Shown: positions 19,301-28,180 of the stretch, piece by piece
Numbering within the stretch: position 1 is the first letter of the stretch
How the letters are laid out: the number at the start of each line of letters is the position of its first letter
Virus record (IMG/VR): IMGVR_UViG_3300046727_000675
Location: 23,305-87,304 of that record
Direction: 5' to 3' (one strand)
Origin: a virus
DNA length: 64,000 nt
Position numbers and translations under genes: made by a program
The notes under the pieces: generated by a model
The model's database searches: none
What the model was told of the DNA's origin: nothing
Seen by the model: the letters and a program-made list of their open reading frames with translations, nothing else

Positions 19301-19816
19301 ATGCCGACGCCCCCGACGCCCACGAGCTTCAACTTCTCGGACACGAACCCCGCGGCGCCAGCCGGCCGGGTCAACGGCAAGTGGCTCGCGTCCGCGCCGT
19401 ACCCGCTCGTCGTGCTGGTCAACAACGTGCCGGTGACGATGCAGTTCCGCGACTTTTCCGTCGACCTCCCGGACGTGGGCTCGGGGAGTGTGATCGGTTT
19501 TGTGATGAATAGCGGGGCGACGGGGACAAACGTCGGTGCTATGATGATTGCGCCGCACGCGGGCGCAATCACGAAGGTCAAGCTGGTGACGAAGGCGTCG
19601 GACGCGGCGATCGACCTCACGTTCGACATAAAACAAAACGGCGTATCAATTTTCACCGCGCCGCTGACCGTGGCTCACGGCACCGCATCCGGCACTCTTA
19701 CCACGTTCGCGGGAGTGCTGACCAGCTCCCCGCTCGCGATCGCGGCGGACGACATATTCACGATCGACATCACCAGCGGCGCCGCGACCTGGCAGTTCAC
19801 GGTTCAAATTGAATAG
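19301..19816 (+). CDS. Minor tail protein
   Basis: Beta-rich; FDIKQNGVSIF...AADDIFTIDIT fibre-tip-like domain. Confidence 0.55.
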   Translation: MPTPPTPTSFNFSDTNPAAPAGRVNGKWLASAPYPLVVLVNNVPVTMQFRDFSVDLPDVGSGSVIGFVMNSGATGTNVGAMMIAPHAGAITKVKLVTKASDAAIDLTFDIKQNGVSIFTAPLTVAHGTASGTLTTFAGVLTSSPLAIAADDIFTIDITSGAATWQFTVQIE

Positions 19817-19825
19817 GGGTAACCC

Positions 19826-20779
19826 ATGTCGACACAGCAGCTTCAACTGGTAGAAGACTCCTCCTCTCTCGCGAACTACAAAGCGTGGGCGCAGGCGATC
19901 AGCGACTGGTTCCGCACCGTCGGCTACACGAACACGACGGACACCGGGCAGCTCAACGGCGCAGGCGGCGGGGTGGGCGGCGCGGCGGGGTGGGCGGCGC
20001 TCGGCGCGGCCCCTGGCTCCGCCGCGTTCTTCTACGAGATCTTCCAGTCCAACGGCAGCGGACTGACGACGTTCTACGTCAAGCTGGAGTACGGGAACAT
20101 CGCGGGGACCAATTCCCCGACCATCGCGATAACGCTGGGCACGGGCACGAACGGGTCGGGGACGCTCACGGGATTCGTGACGACGCGGCACCGCACGGCG
20201 TCCGCTTCATTCACCCCCGCGAGCGCGACGACGCCGTACGAGTGCGATTTCACCGGGGATGGCGCGAACGACCGCATCGGCGTGATGATGTGGCGAAATG
20301 CGGTAATCAATAGCCAAGTCGGTCTTATCGCGATCGAACGCTCCATCAACGCGTCCGGCGTGTACACGTCGGGGTACGTGACGGTGTACGTGATCAACGG
20401 AAGTGAAACCGGAACGAGCGCGTCGGGCACTATGGAGACGATCGTCTTCGGCGTGGGCGTCGCTCCTACCCCTTTTGACAGAGGATTTTCCGCAGGGGCG
20501 ACCGGTTGGCCTGTGAGATCGTTTTCGCCGACTACCGGCGGCACTCTCGCTTTTAACGGCTCGATTCCAGTCGATACGATCGCGCCGTTCGTGGGTTTCA
20601 TTGATTACCCCGGTACGATGGTCGCCAGCATGTTTGGCGCGGACTTCGCCGAGGGAGTGCCGTTCCAGATAACGCTGTACGGAAGCACCAGAACGTATAT
20701 GGTCAGTAAGAACGGAGGATTTGCGACATCCGGTGTTGCACTCGGCGGACTGCTGGCAACCGCGATGAGATACGACTAA
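19826..20779 (+). CDS. Putative tail fibre/receptor-binding protein
   Basis: Gly/Thr-rich, downstream of the tail tip. The 3' half has visibly more A/T-ending codons. Confidence 0.55.
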   Translation: MSTQQLQLVEDSSSLANYKAWAQAISDWFRTVGYTNTTDTGQLNGAGGGVGGAAGWAALGAAPGSAAFFYEIFQSNGSGLTTFYVKLEYGNIAGTNSPTIAITLGTGTNGSGTLTGFVTTRHRTASASFTPASATTPYECDFTGDGANDRIGVMMWRNAVINSQVGLIAIERSINASGVYTSGYVTVYVINGSETGTSASGTMETIVFGVGVAPTPFDRGFSAGATGWPVRSFSPTTGGTLAFNGSIPVDTIAPFVGFIDYPGTMVASMFGADFAEGVPFQITLYGSTRTYMVSKNGGFATSGVALGGLLATAMRYD

Positions 20780-21823
20780 ATGGCGATTGCACCTGTCAAC
20801 GGGTCGACGGTCAACAACGGAGCCACGCCGGGGGTGTCTTTATCTTTCGGCGCGATCTCCATCGCGGCCGGAGGCGACATCGTCGTCGCGGTCGCGATCC
20901 TGACGACGACCGTTTCCGTCACCGGGATCACCGATACCGCGCTCAACACCTACACGCTCAAGTCGTCCGTCAACAACGGAGCAAACGTCCGCGTGGAGAT
21001 ATGGGAGGCGCACAACGTGACCGGCAACGCGGCGGACGTCATCGTCGTTGCGCTGAGCGGCGCGACGCTCGCGGCGGCGGCGTTCGAGCAGTACTCCGGC
21101 GTGAGCGCGGTGGGGAATATCGGCGCGACCGCGACCGGGAGCGGATTCACCGCCGAGGGGGACGTCGCCACGCAGGACGGGAACAACTGGTCGGTGTGCG
21201 CGATCGCGGCGGCTACGTCCTCCGGAGACACGCTCACCGCGGACATGGGCGCCAAGAGGCAGGCGTCGGTCCCCGCCGCGACCGCCGCCGCCATCGCGCT
21301 CGTGGATAATTCCAGCATCGGGATCGTCTCCGCGCTGCGCGGCGACGTGATGATCTCCGCGTCCCGCCAGTGGGCGGCGGCGGCGATCGAGCTCCGCAGC
21401 GGCGGCGGCGCGATCAATTTCACTTCCGCGAGCATCCCGACGCCGACGGGCAGCGCGGCGTCGTTCGCGAAGCATCAGGTTACGAAAGCAACGGCGGGGC
21501 CGATTAGCAGCGGCGGTGGCCCATCCACTCCGGTGCCGGTCGCCCAAGTGTTAAAGGGCGGCGTGATTGGTTCTGCGTACACGGAGACAATATCGACTCA
21601 GGGCGGCGTCGCGCCGTACGCGTACGCGGTAGTCTCCGGCGCGCTTCCTACCGGAGCTACACTTAATACGTCGTCAGGCGTGATCAGCGGCGCGACTCTT
21701 ACCGCCGCCGGGACTTTCAGCTTCACGATTCAGGTCACCGACGCCAACGGCGCGATAGGCACGACCGCGTTCCAGATAATCGTAAGCGCTCCGGTCGCGA
21801 GCAACTACGGGTTCGTGAGCTAG
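20780..21823 (+). CDS. Tail protein with C-terminal putative Ig domain
   Basis: GGVAPYAYAVVSGALPTGATLN..GVISG..AGTFSFTIQVTDA is a He_PIG-type Ig motif. Confidence 0.7.
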   Translation: MAIAPVNGSTVNNGATPGVSLSFGAISIAAGGDIVVAVAILTTTVSVTGITDTALNTYTLKSSVNNGANVRVEIWEAHNVTGNAADVIVVALSGATLAAAAFEQYSGVSAVGNIGATATGSGFTAEGDVATQDGNNWSVCAIAAATSSGDTLTADMGAKRQASVPAATAAAIALVDNSSIGIVSALRGDVMISASRQWAAAAIELRSGGGAINFTSASIPTPTGSAASFAKHQVTKATAGPISSGGGPSTPVPVAQVLKGGVIGSAYTETISTQGGVAPYAYAVVSGALPTGATLNTSSGVISGATLTAAGTFSFTIQVTDANGAIGTTAFQIIVSAPVASNYGFVS

Positions 21824-21845
21824 CCGCGCGGGCCCGGCCCCGCCG

Positions 21846-21962
21846 CTAGTCGCGGCGGGCGGCGAGCCAGGCGCGCAGGAAGATCAGGCCCAGCGTGACG
21901 GCGCCGACGGCGACGAAGCCGGCGGCGACCAGCCGGGCGAACGAGTTGAGGTCGATGTTCAT
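21846..21962 (-). CDS. 38-aa single-TM membrane peptide
   Basis: MNIDLNSFARLVAAGFVAVGAVTLGLIFLRAWLAARRD fills the gap between the tail and lysis genes. High-GC third positions and a promoter just upstream. Confidence 0.65.
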   Translation of the reverse strand: MNIDLNSFARLVAAGFVAVGAVTLGLIFLRAWLAARRD

Positions 21963-21969
21963 GACGAGG

Positions 21970-21998
21970 ATCATACACGGTTTCACGAAGGAAGTACA
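21970..21998 (-). promoter_or_regulatory. Putative sigma70-type promoter TGTACT-N17-TATGAT (leaderless transcript)
   Basis: 17-nt spacer ending in TG; 7 nt separate the -10 hexamer from the ATG at 21962. Confidence 0.55.
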
Positions 21999-22013
21999 CG
22001 GCCGAGGAGGCGC

Positions 22014-22490
22014 ATGACGGACAACAACTTCTGGCAGTTCAACTTCAGCTCCATGATCGCGCTGATCAGCGCCTCCGTGACGATCGTCGGCTGGCTCTAC
22101 TTCGGGATCACGTGGAAGGCGGACATCGACCGCAAGATGAAGATCATCTGGGAGATGTTCGTCGAGCCGATGATGAAGAAGGCGTTCTCCGACCAGCTGA
22201 TCATGCGCAACAGCCCGCTGCGGCTCGACGTCACGGTCCTCGAGAGGCACCCGGTGTACGAGAAGATCAAGGCATTCTACGTCGCCGACGGCCAGAAGCT
22301 CGACGACTGGGAGCTGCTGAGCCAGATCAAGCGGCGCTTCGGGCCGGAGCTCGCCGCCGCGGCGCGCGCCGAGGGGAAGACCGAGGAGGGGTTCGAGGTC
22401 GCGGCGCTGTTCCTGGTGCGGCCGAAGATCGAGCTGTTCAACGAGCTCGACGCCAACCACAACTGGGGAAAGAAGGACGACGATGGCTAG
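22014..22490 (+). CDS. Membrane-anchored protein of the lysis cassette
   Basis: RBS GAGGAGG, one N-terminal TM segment, overlaps the endolysin start. Confidence 0.6.
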   Translation: MTDNNFWQFNFSSMIALISASVTIVGWLYFGITWKADIDRKMKIIWEMFVEPMMKKAFSDQLIMRNSPLRLDVTVLERHPVYEKIKAFYVADGQKLDDWELLSQIKRRFGPELAAAARAEGKTEEGFEVAALFLVRPKIELFNELDANHNWGKKDDDG

Positions 22491-22962
22491 GTTCGAGGAC
22501 GCGATCGACTACGTGCTGGCGAACGAGGGCGGGCTCGAGGTGAATGACGCCGACGCGGGCGGCACGACCAACTTCGGGCTCGCGCAGCGCGACCACCCGG
22601 ACGTGGACGTGCGCGCGCTGACGCGGGACCAGGCCGTCGAGCTCTACCGGACGGGGTACTGGCGGTTCGACGGGGTCCGGGACCAGCGCGTGGCCACCAA
22701 GCTGTTCGATGAGTACGTGAACGGGCCGGTGCGCGCGGTGCGGTGCGCGCAGCTCGCGCTCGCGCACCTGCAGGCCGGCCCGGTCGTGCCGGACGGGAAG
22801 TACGGGCGGCAGACCGAGGACCACCTGAACGCGTCCGACCCCGGGAAGTTCGTGGACGAGTACAAGGCGTGGCTCGTCAAGACGCGCCACGACGAGGTCG
22901 CGGCGAAGCCCGACCAGCAGGTGTTCCTGCTCGGCTGGCTGCGCCGCGACGTGAAGGGATAG
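22483..22962 (+). CDS. Endolysin, glycoside hydrolase family 108
   Basis: NEGG...D.GGTTNFG, Y...YW, LFD.YVN.P, DGKYG.QT and terminal FLLGWLRR. Confidence 0.9.
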   Translation: MARFEDAIDYVLANEGGLEVNDADAGGTTNFGLAQRDHPDVDVRALTRDQAVELYRTGYWRFDGVRDQRVATKLFDEYVNGPVRAVRCAQLALAHLQAGPVVPDGKYGRQTEDHLNASDPGKFVDEYKAWLVKTRHDEVAAKPDQQVFLLGWLRRDVKG

Positions 22963-22971
22963 GGGGAAAAT

Positions 22972-23388
22972 ATGAGGACGGGCATCTGGATTCACCTGGC
23001 GATCAGCGCGGCGTGGCTCGCCGCGTTCTTCTACATCGCGCGGAACCTCACGATGAAGGGCTGGCAGGACTTCCTCGACTCGCTGTCGACCTCGGGCGGG
23101 AACGTGGTCACGCTGTTCTTCTGCTCGATGGGCTCCGGGCTCCTGTGGTGGACGGTGTACAACCAGCACGGGTCCGACGGCCAGGCTGTGATGGCCACGT
23201 TCGGGATCTTCGGCGGCTTCACCGGAGCGCTGCTCCAGGCGCAGAAGGGGAACGCCAGCCGGCAGCAGATGATGGACCGCGCCGGCGTGCCGGCGCCGCC
23301 GGCGGTGGTCCCGCTGAAGAACCCGACCGACGTCACGGTCGTGGCCACGGGGGCGACGACCGACCCGGCGGCGGGCGGCGGGTCGTGA
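22972..23388 (+). CDS. Putative holin (3 TM segments)
   Basis: Three hydrophobic segments, immediately after the endolysin. Confidence 0.55.
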   Translation: MRTGIWIHLAISAAWLAAFFYIARNLTMKGWQDFLDSLSTSGGNVVTLFFCSMGSGLLWWTVYNQHGSDGQAVMATFGIFGGFTGALLQAQKGNASRQQMMDRAGVPAPPAVVPLKNPTDVTVVATGATTDPAAGGGS

Positions 23389-24053
23389 GGCGCGCGCTCG
23401 ACGCCGCGAAGCTCGTGGCGCTCCTGGCCGCGACGGCGCTGTGCGCCTACACGGTCGCGCTCGAGCGCTCGGCGAAGGCCGGGGCGGCCGCGTTGGCGCC
23501 GAAGTTTGCGGCGCTGCCGGCGGACGTGCACGCGCTGGTGCTGCCGACGCAGAAGCTCGAGGCGACCTGGGCCGCGGCGGGCCTGACATTCGCGCAGACC
23601 GCCGCGAAGGAGCGCGACGCGTTCGCGGCGCAGCAGGACAGCTACCTGCGCTTGACCAACCGCGGAGTGAACGTGCTCGACGCGGCGGCGACGGCCACCT
23701 TGAAGTTCGGCGAGGCCGCCGACTCCTTGAAGACGATCGCCCCGGCGGTGACGGCGCAGGTGGAGCAGGTCGGCGCGGATGTCCGCGTGACGCTGACGGC
23801 CACGCGGGCGATGGCCGAGGCGGTGACGGCGGACCTGAACGACCCGGCGATCAAGGCGAGCCTCGCGAACGTCGAGGGGCTGACTGCGGCGCTGAAGACC
23901 GCCGCGGAGCACGGCGACAAGGTGATGCTGGACGTGGAGAAGGTCGCGGACCACTACGAGCTGAAGATCGACACCCCCGCGACCGCGGGGCAGAAGTTCC
24001 GGGCCGGGGCGATCGTCGTCGCGCGGATCCTGGGAGACTTCATGAAGTTCTGA
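23385..24053 (+). CDS. Membrane-anchored coiled-coil protein (spanin-like)
   Basis: GTG overlaps the upstream stop. N-terminal TM followed by an Ala-rich helical region, in the lysis cassette. Confidence 0.45.
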   Translation: MRRALDAAKLVALLAATALCAYTVALERSAKAGAAALAPKFAALPADVHALVLPTQKLEATWAAAGLTFAQTAAKERDAFAAQQDSYLRLTNRGVNVLDAAATATLKFGEAADSLKTIAPAVTAQVEQVGADVRVTLTATRAMAEAVTADLNDPAIKASLANVEGLTAALKTAAEHGDKVMLDVEKVADHYELKIDTPATAGQKFRAGAIVVARILGDFMKF

Positions 24054-24140
24054 CGCGCGAGTTTCTCGGGCGACCGCGGGCCGAGGCCGGCGGCGCCCCC
24101 GGAAAGAAGGAGCATCAATTGAGCAAAGGAGAGTTGAGCC

Positions 24141-24566
24141 ATGAGCTGGTTAAAGAAGATCGGCCACGTCCTGGGAAAGATCCTGCACGTGGTCGCCACT
24201 GACGCAAAGCCCGTCGCGGACATCGTCGCGCCGGTGCTCGAAACGCTGTTCCCCGGGCTCGCGGTCATGATCCAGGCCGGCGACAGCCTGATCTCGAAGA
24301 TCGCGAAGCAGGCGCTCGTCGCCGAGACCACGGTGCAGGCGGTGGAGGCCGCGCCGACCGGCCCCGCGAAGCTGCAGGCGGTGCTCGCGAACGTCACGCC
24401 GGACATCGACGCCTGGGTCGAGAACGCCTTCCCGGGCTCCGCGAAGCTGACGGACATCGAGCGGGCGGGGCTGGTCAACGCGATCGTCGCGATCCTCAAC
24501 AAGGTCGCGCCGCAGGAGCTGATCCCCGTGACGCCGGCCGCGCTTCCTGCGTCCCCCAAGGCCTAG
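24141..24566 (+). CDS. Hypothetical protein with amphipathic N-terminus
   Basis: RBS AAGGAGAG; MSWLKKIGHVLGKILHVV; last gene before the terminator. Confidence 0.7.
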   Translation: MSWLKKIGHVLGKILHVVATDAKPVADIVAPVLETLFPGLAVMIQAGDSLISKIAKQALVAETTVQAVEAAPTGPAKLQAVLANVTPDIDAWVENAFPGSAKLTDIERAGLVNAIVAILNKVAPQELIPVTPAALPASPKA

Positions 24567-24589
24567 TTACTCAGACATAACAATCTGAC

Positions 24590-24618
24590 CGGGGTGCCCT
24601 CGGGGGCACCCCGTTTCC
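24590..24618 (+). terminator. Intrinsic terminator-like hairpin ending the late operon
   Basis: Perfect 10-bp stem CGGGGTGCCC-TCGG-GGGCACCCCG followed by TTTCC (short U-tract). Confidence 0.7.
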
Positions 24619-24647
24619 TCCCGGTGCCGCCCGCCTGAAAATAGCTG

Positions 24648-24676
24648 TATACAATCTCCGGCGGATGTTGTATACT
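24648..24676 (+). promoter_or_regulatory. Early promoter P1 TATACA-N17-TATACT
   Basis: Near-consensus hexamers with a 17-nt spacer; same design recurs at 29544 and 42152. Confidence 0.8.
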
Positions 24677-24736
24677 TGCCTCAGTTCGGCGGGGCGGCTC
24701 GGTCTAAGCCCATCGCCAATGAACGGGAGGAAGAAG

Positions 24737-25030
24737 ATGAACAAGGCCACGCAGGACGTATCCAAGCTCCTCGGCGTACCGCTCGAGGAGGCCGCAAGAA
24801 TCCAAAACAAGATGATAGAGAACGAGCTCGACTTCTCGGAGTGCTCGCGCCGCGAGTTCAACAAGGCCGCGATCGTCGCGCACGTGCAGTTGACGATCGA
24901 CGACTGTCGAACGGCGCTCGCCACGAATTTCGATGCTCCGGCCGATCGCATCCTCAGCTTCCACGGCTCTAAAGTAAAGCTCACCTCAAACGAAATGCGC
25001 GAACTGCTGCGCGAGGCGGTGCAATCGTGA
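24737..25030 (+). CDS. Hypothetical early protein
   Basis: RBS GGGAGG before ATG 24737. Confidence 0.65.
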   Translation: MNKATQDVSKLLGVPLEEAARIQNKMIENELDFSECSRREFNKAAIVAHVQLTIDDCRTALATNFDAPADRILSFHGSKVKLTSNEMRELLREAVQS

Positions 25031-25713
25031 AAAAAACAGACAATCTGAAAGTTGGAACTGAGGTTTACATCGGCCGCTACACCGGCCATGGCCGCGAGTA
25101 CGCGAAGGCGACCGTGGTCAAGGTCACCCCGAAGGGATTCGCCGACGTCAAGATCGGCGCGTCCGAGTTCATCATACGGTTCAACCCGGACGGCGACGAG
25201 CCCGGACGTCGCCTGCTGTCGTGGTCGATCGACGCTGAGATGACGGTCGCGCAGCGCGTGCAGTACGTCGCGCGGGAGGAGCGCGAGCGCGCAGCGCGGA
25301 AGATCGTGCGAGGCCTCGCGATCGGTAAGATCCATGACTTCGAGGACAGGCAGGGGATGCTCAATGCGATCGGCATCTTGCGCCGCGACCTCGACGCGGC
25401 GCACGCCGCGGTCCTCGCGATCGAAGCCGGACTTACGGCCGTCTCGCCGCTCATGCTCGCCCGCAAGTTCTCCGAGCTCCTGCTCGCCGAGATCGGCGCC
25501 GCGTCGCTGCGCGCCGCCGTCGAGCGCAACGGGCGCCCCGAGTACAAGGAGCACGACTCCTGCGCGACGCACGACTTCTGCGACGCCAACATGGTCATGC
25601 TCGCGGCCTTCGAGTCGCTCGGCACGCCGGTGAACAACGACGCGCCCCAGCTCTGGAACGACGCATGGACGCAGGCCAAGCTCAACGGGTTCTTCATGGA
25701 GGCGTCGTCGTGA
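25027..25713 (+). CDS. Hypothetical early protein
   Basis: Coupled ORF with C-terminal CATHDFCDANMVM motif. Confidence 0.65.
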   Translation: MKKTDNLKVGTEVYIGRYTGHGREYAKATVVKVTPKGFADVKIGASEFIIRFNPDGDEPGRRLLSWSIDAEMTVAQRVQYVAREERERAARKIVRGLAIGKIHDFEDRQGMLNAIGILRRDLDAAHAAVLAIEAGLTAVSPLMLARKFSELLLAEIGAASLRAAVERNGRPEYKEHDSCATHDFCDANMVMLAAFESLGTPVNNDAPQLWNDAWTQAKLNGFFMEASS

Positions 25714-26606
25714 AGATCAGGTACAGGGACTTCAGGTTCAAGCCGTCCACGCTCGCGACGATCGAGAAGGCCAACGAGATCATCGCCGAGTACGCGGCGC
25801 AGGGCTTCGACCTCACGCTGCGGCAGCTCTACTACCAGTTCGTGTCGCGCGACCTCATCCCCAACACGATGAGGAGCTACAAGGCGCTCGGCGGGGTCGT
25901 GAACGACGGGCGCCTCGCCGGCCTCATCGACTGGGGCTCGATCGTCGACCGCACGCGCGAGGTGCGGCGGCTCCCGCACTGGAGCTCGCCGGCCGAGATC
26001 GTCGCCGCGTGCGCCTCGCAGTTCAACGTCGACCGCTGGGCGGGGCAGCCGTACCGGCCGGAGGTGTGGATCGAGAAGGACGCGCTGGTCGGCATGTTCG
26101 AGCGCACCTGCAGCGGCCTCGACGTCCCGCTGCTCAGCTGCCGCGGGTACACCTCGCAGTCCGAGATGTGGGGATCGGCGCAGCGGCTGCGCGGGTACCG
26201 CGCGGCGCGGCAGGTGCCCGTGATCCTGCACTTCGGCGACCACGACCCGAGCGGCCGCGACATGAGCCGCGACATCACCGACCGGCTCGAGCTGTTCACG
26301 GGCGGCGCCCTGCGGTTCGAGCGCCTCGCGCTGAACATGGACCAGGTCGAGGATTACGCGCCGCCGCCGAACCCGGCCAAGGTCACCGACTCCCGCGCCG
26401 CGGCATACATCGCCGAGTTCGGCCACGAGAGCTGGGAGCTGGACGCGCTCGACCCGTCGGTGCTCGACGGGCTCGTGCGCGGCGCGATCGAGCGGTTCAT
26501 CGACCGCGGAAAGATGGACGCGGCCGAGGCCCTGCAGGCCGAGCACCGCGCAACGCTGACGAAGATTTCGGACCGGTTCGACGACGTGCAGGAGTTCTTG
26601 GAGTAG
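25710..26606 (+). CDS. Topoisomerase VI subunit A/Spo11-like TOPRIM protein
   Basis: N-terminal LTLRQLYY (catalytic Tyr position), EVWIEKDAL, RGYTS, HFGDHDPSG (DxD) and WELDAL. Confidence 0.8.
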   Translation: MKIRYRDFRFKPSTLATIEKANEIIAEYAAQGFDLTLRQLYYQFVSRDLIPNTMRSYKALGGVVNDGRLAGLIDWGSIVDRTREVRRLPHWSSPAEIVAACASQFNVDRWAGQPYRPEVWIEKDALVGMFERTCSGLDVPLLSCRGYTSQSEMWGSAQRLRGYRAARQVPVILHFGDHDPSGRDMSRDITDRLELFTGGALRFERLALNMDQVEDYAPPPNPAKVTDSRAAAYIAEFGHESWELDALDPSVLDGLVRGAIERFIDRGKMDAAEALQAEHRATLTKISDRFDDVQEFLE

Positions 26607-26692
26607 CTTCACCGGCGCCGGCGGACCGCGGGGGACCACCCGCGCGGCATCCCGCCAACAGGGCGCCGCGATTCGTAAAGAGGAGAAACACC

Positions 26693-27829
26693 ATGGCCAT
26701 GATTCATCACGGAAGCGACACGTACCCCGAGGCGGTCTCGAAGGCCGCCAAGCACTTCAGGCAGAAGCTCGACGGCATGTTCCACGCCTCCGAGCGCCGC
26801 GTGACGGCGGTCATCGAACAGGTCGAGCGCGACGTGCCCGAGGACATGATCGTCGCGGGCCGCAAGCTCGAGTTCGAGGCCCACGACTTCGACAAGGAGC
26901 ACGGCGGCACGACGCTGCTGGTGCACGCGCCGGGGCAGGCGCCGCTCACGCTGCACGCGAACGCGGTCGAGCAGGTCTCGTACAAGGCGAAGGTGCGGAA
27001 CCTGCCGGCGTTCGTGAACGACCTCTCCGCGCGCGGGGAGTGGGGCAAGAAGCTCGTCGCGCGCAACCTCAACGAGATCTACCGCAAGATGAACGGCGAC
27101 CGCTTCCTGCTGCGCTCGGTGCGCGGCGAGCTGCGCGGGTTCCTCAGCGACCAGTACCGCCGGCTCGACTCGCGGCCGCTGCTCGACGCGTTCGTCGGCA
27201 CGATGAAGCAGTACGGCGCCCGCCCGACCGACGGATTCGCGCTGCAGACGAAGATCAAGGTGCGCTGCTTCCTGCCGATGGTCTTCGAGCCGTTCCCGGG
27301 CGAGATCATGGCGTTCGGCGCGGAGCTGAGCGACTCCGACTACGGCGACGGCGCGCTGCGGCTCTCGGGCATCGTGCTCCGCATGTACTGCACGAACCTC
27401 GCCTGCCTCGAGGACGTCATCCACCAGGTGCACCTCGGCAAGCGCCTGCCGGAGAACGTCCGCTTCTCCGAGCAGACGCTCGCGCTCGACACGAGGGCGA
27501 TGGCCTCGGCGATCGGCGACATGGCCTCGTCGGTGCTCGGCCCCGGCGCGGTCGAGGACTACTGCGCGCTCGTCCGCTCTGCGAACGAGGAGCACGTCGA
27601 GCCCGGCGCGATCACGGCCTGGGTGAAGAAGAACCTCTCGAAGCCGGAGGGCGAGAAGCTCGTCGAGAAGTTCGCGAGCCCGGACGTCGAGCTTCTGCCG
27701 CCGGGGCAGACGCGGTGGCGGTGGTCGAACGCGCTCTCGTGGCTCGCGAACGAGACGACGGACGAGCGCCGCAAGCTCGACCTGCAGGACTACGCCGGCG
27801 CGATCGCGCGTCCGCGGCAGAGGGCGTAG
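26693..27829 (+). CDS. DUF932-like protein
   Basis: RBS GAGGAG; RGFLSDQYRRLD, SDYGDGAL, RMYCTNL and HLG motifs. Confidence 0.65.
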   Translation: MAMIHHGSDTYPEAVSKAAKHFRQKLDGMFHASERRVTAVIEQVERDVPEDMIVAGRKLEFEAHDFDKEHGGTTLLVHAPGQAPLTLHANAVEQVSYKAKVRNLPAFVNDLSARGEWGKKLVARNLNEIYRKMNGDRFLLRSVRGELRGFLSDQYRRLDSRPLLDAFVGTMKQYGARPTDGFALQTKIKVRCFLPMVFEPFPGEIMAFGAELSDSDYGDGALRLSGIVLRMYCTNLACLEDVIHQVHLGKRLPENVRFSEQTLALDTRAMASAIGDMASSVLGPGAVEDYCALVRSANEEHVEPGAITAWVKKNLSKPEGEKLVEKFASPDVELLPPGQTRWRWSNALSWLANETTDERRKLDLQDYAGAIARPRQRA

Positions 27830-27902
27830 GATCCCAGCTTCGGGGCCACGGTCGCCGCCGCGGCCCCGGAGAAGTGATCCTACGATCGAAGGGATAAAAA
27901 AG

Positions 27903-28178
27903 ATGAGCGAAAAATTGAGCTGGCGGCGTGACCGCCACGAGCACCGCGCGATGAACTTACGCGTCCAGGCGAATGTGGCCGACGCGGAGAGAAACAATTT
28001 TTTGGTCCAATCACAAGCGTATGCAGGTCAGGAGCTTGACCACGTTGTGGCCGAGCGCAGGTTCCGCCTCGAGCGGTCGCAGCGGGCGGCCCGCCGGAAC
28101 CGGTGGCTGCTCGCGAACGCGTGGTGGCTGATCGCCGCCGCCGTCGCGGGCGCCGTGTTCCTGGTCGCGGGGCGCTGA
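27903..28178 (+). CDS. Small protein with C-terminal TM helix
   Basis: Ends in WWLIAAAVAGAVFLVAGR. Confidence 0.55.
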   Translation: MSEKLSWRRDRHEHRAMNLRVQANVADAERNNFLVQSQAYAGQELDHVVAERRFRLERSQRAARRNRWLLANAWWLIAAAVAGAVFLVAGR

Positions 28179-28180
28179 CC

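Noticed and set aside
16919-19636. 905-aa minus-strand ORF and many similar long antisense or alternate-frame ORFs
   Set aside because: Shadow ORFs of GC-rich coding sequence: Arg/Gly/Ala-rich, no motifs, fully overlapping well-supported + strand genes.
19826-21823. Diversity-generating retroelement target in the fibre genes
   Set aside because: No reverse transcriptase and no template/variable repeat pair seen. The composition shift fits ordinary fibre exchange.
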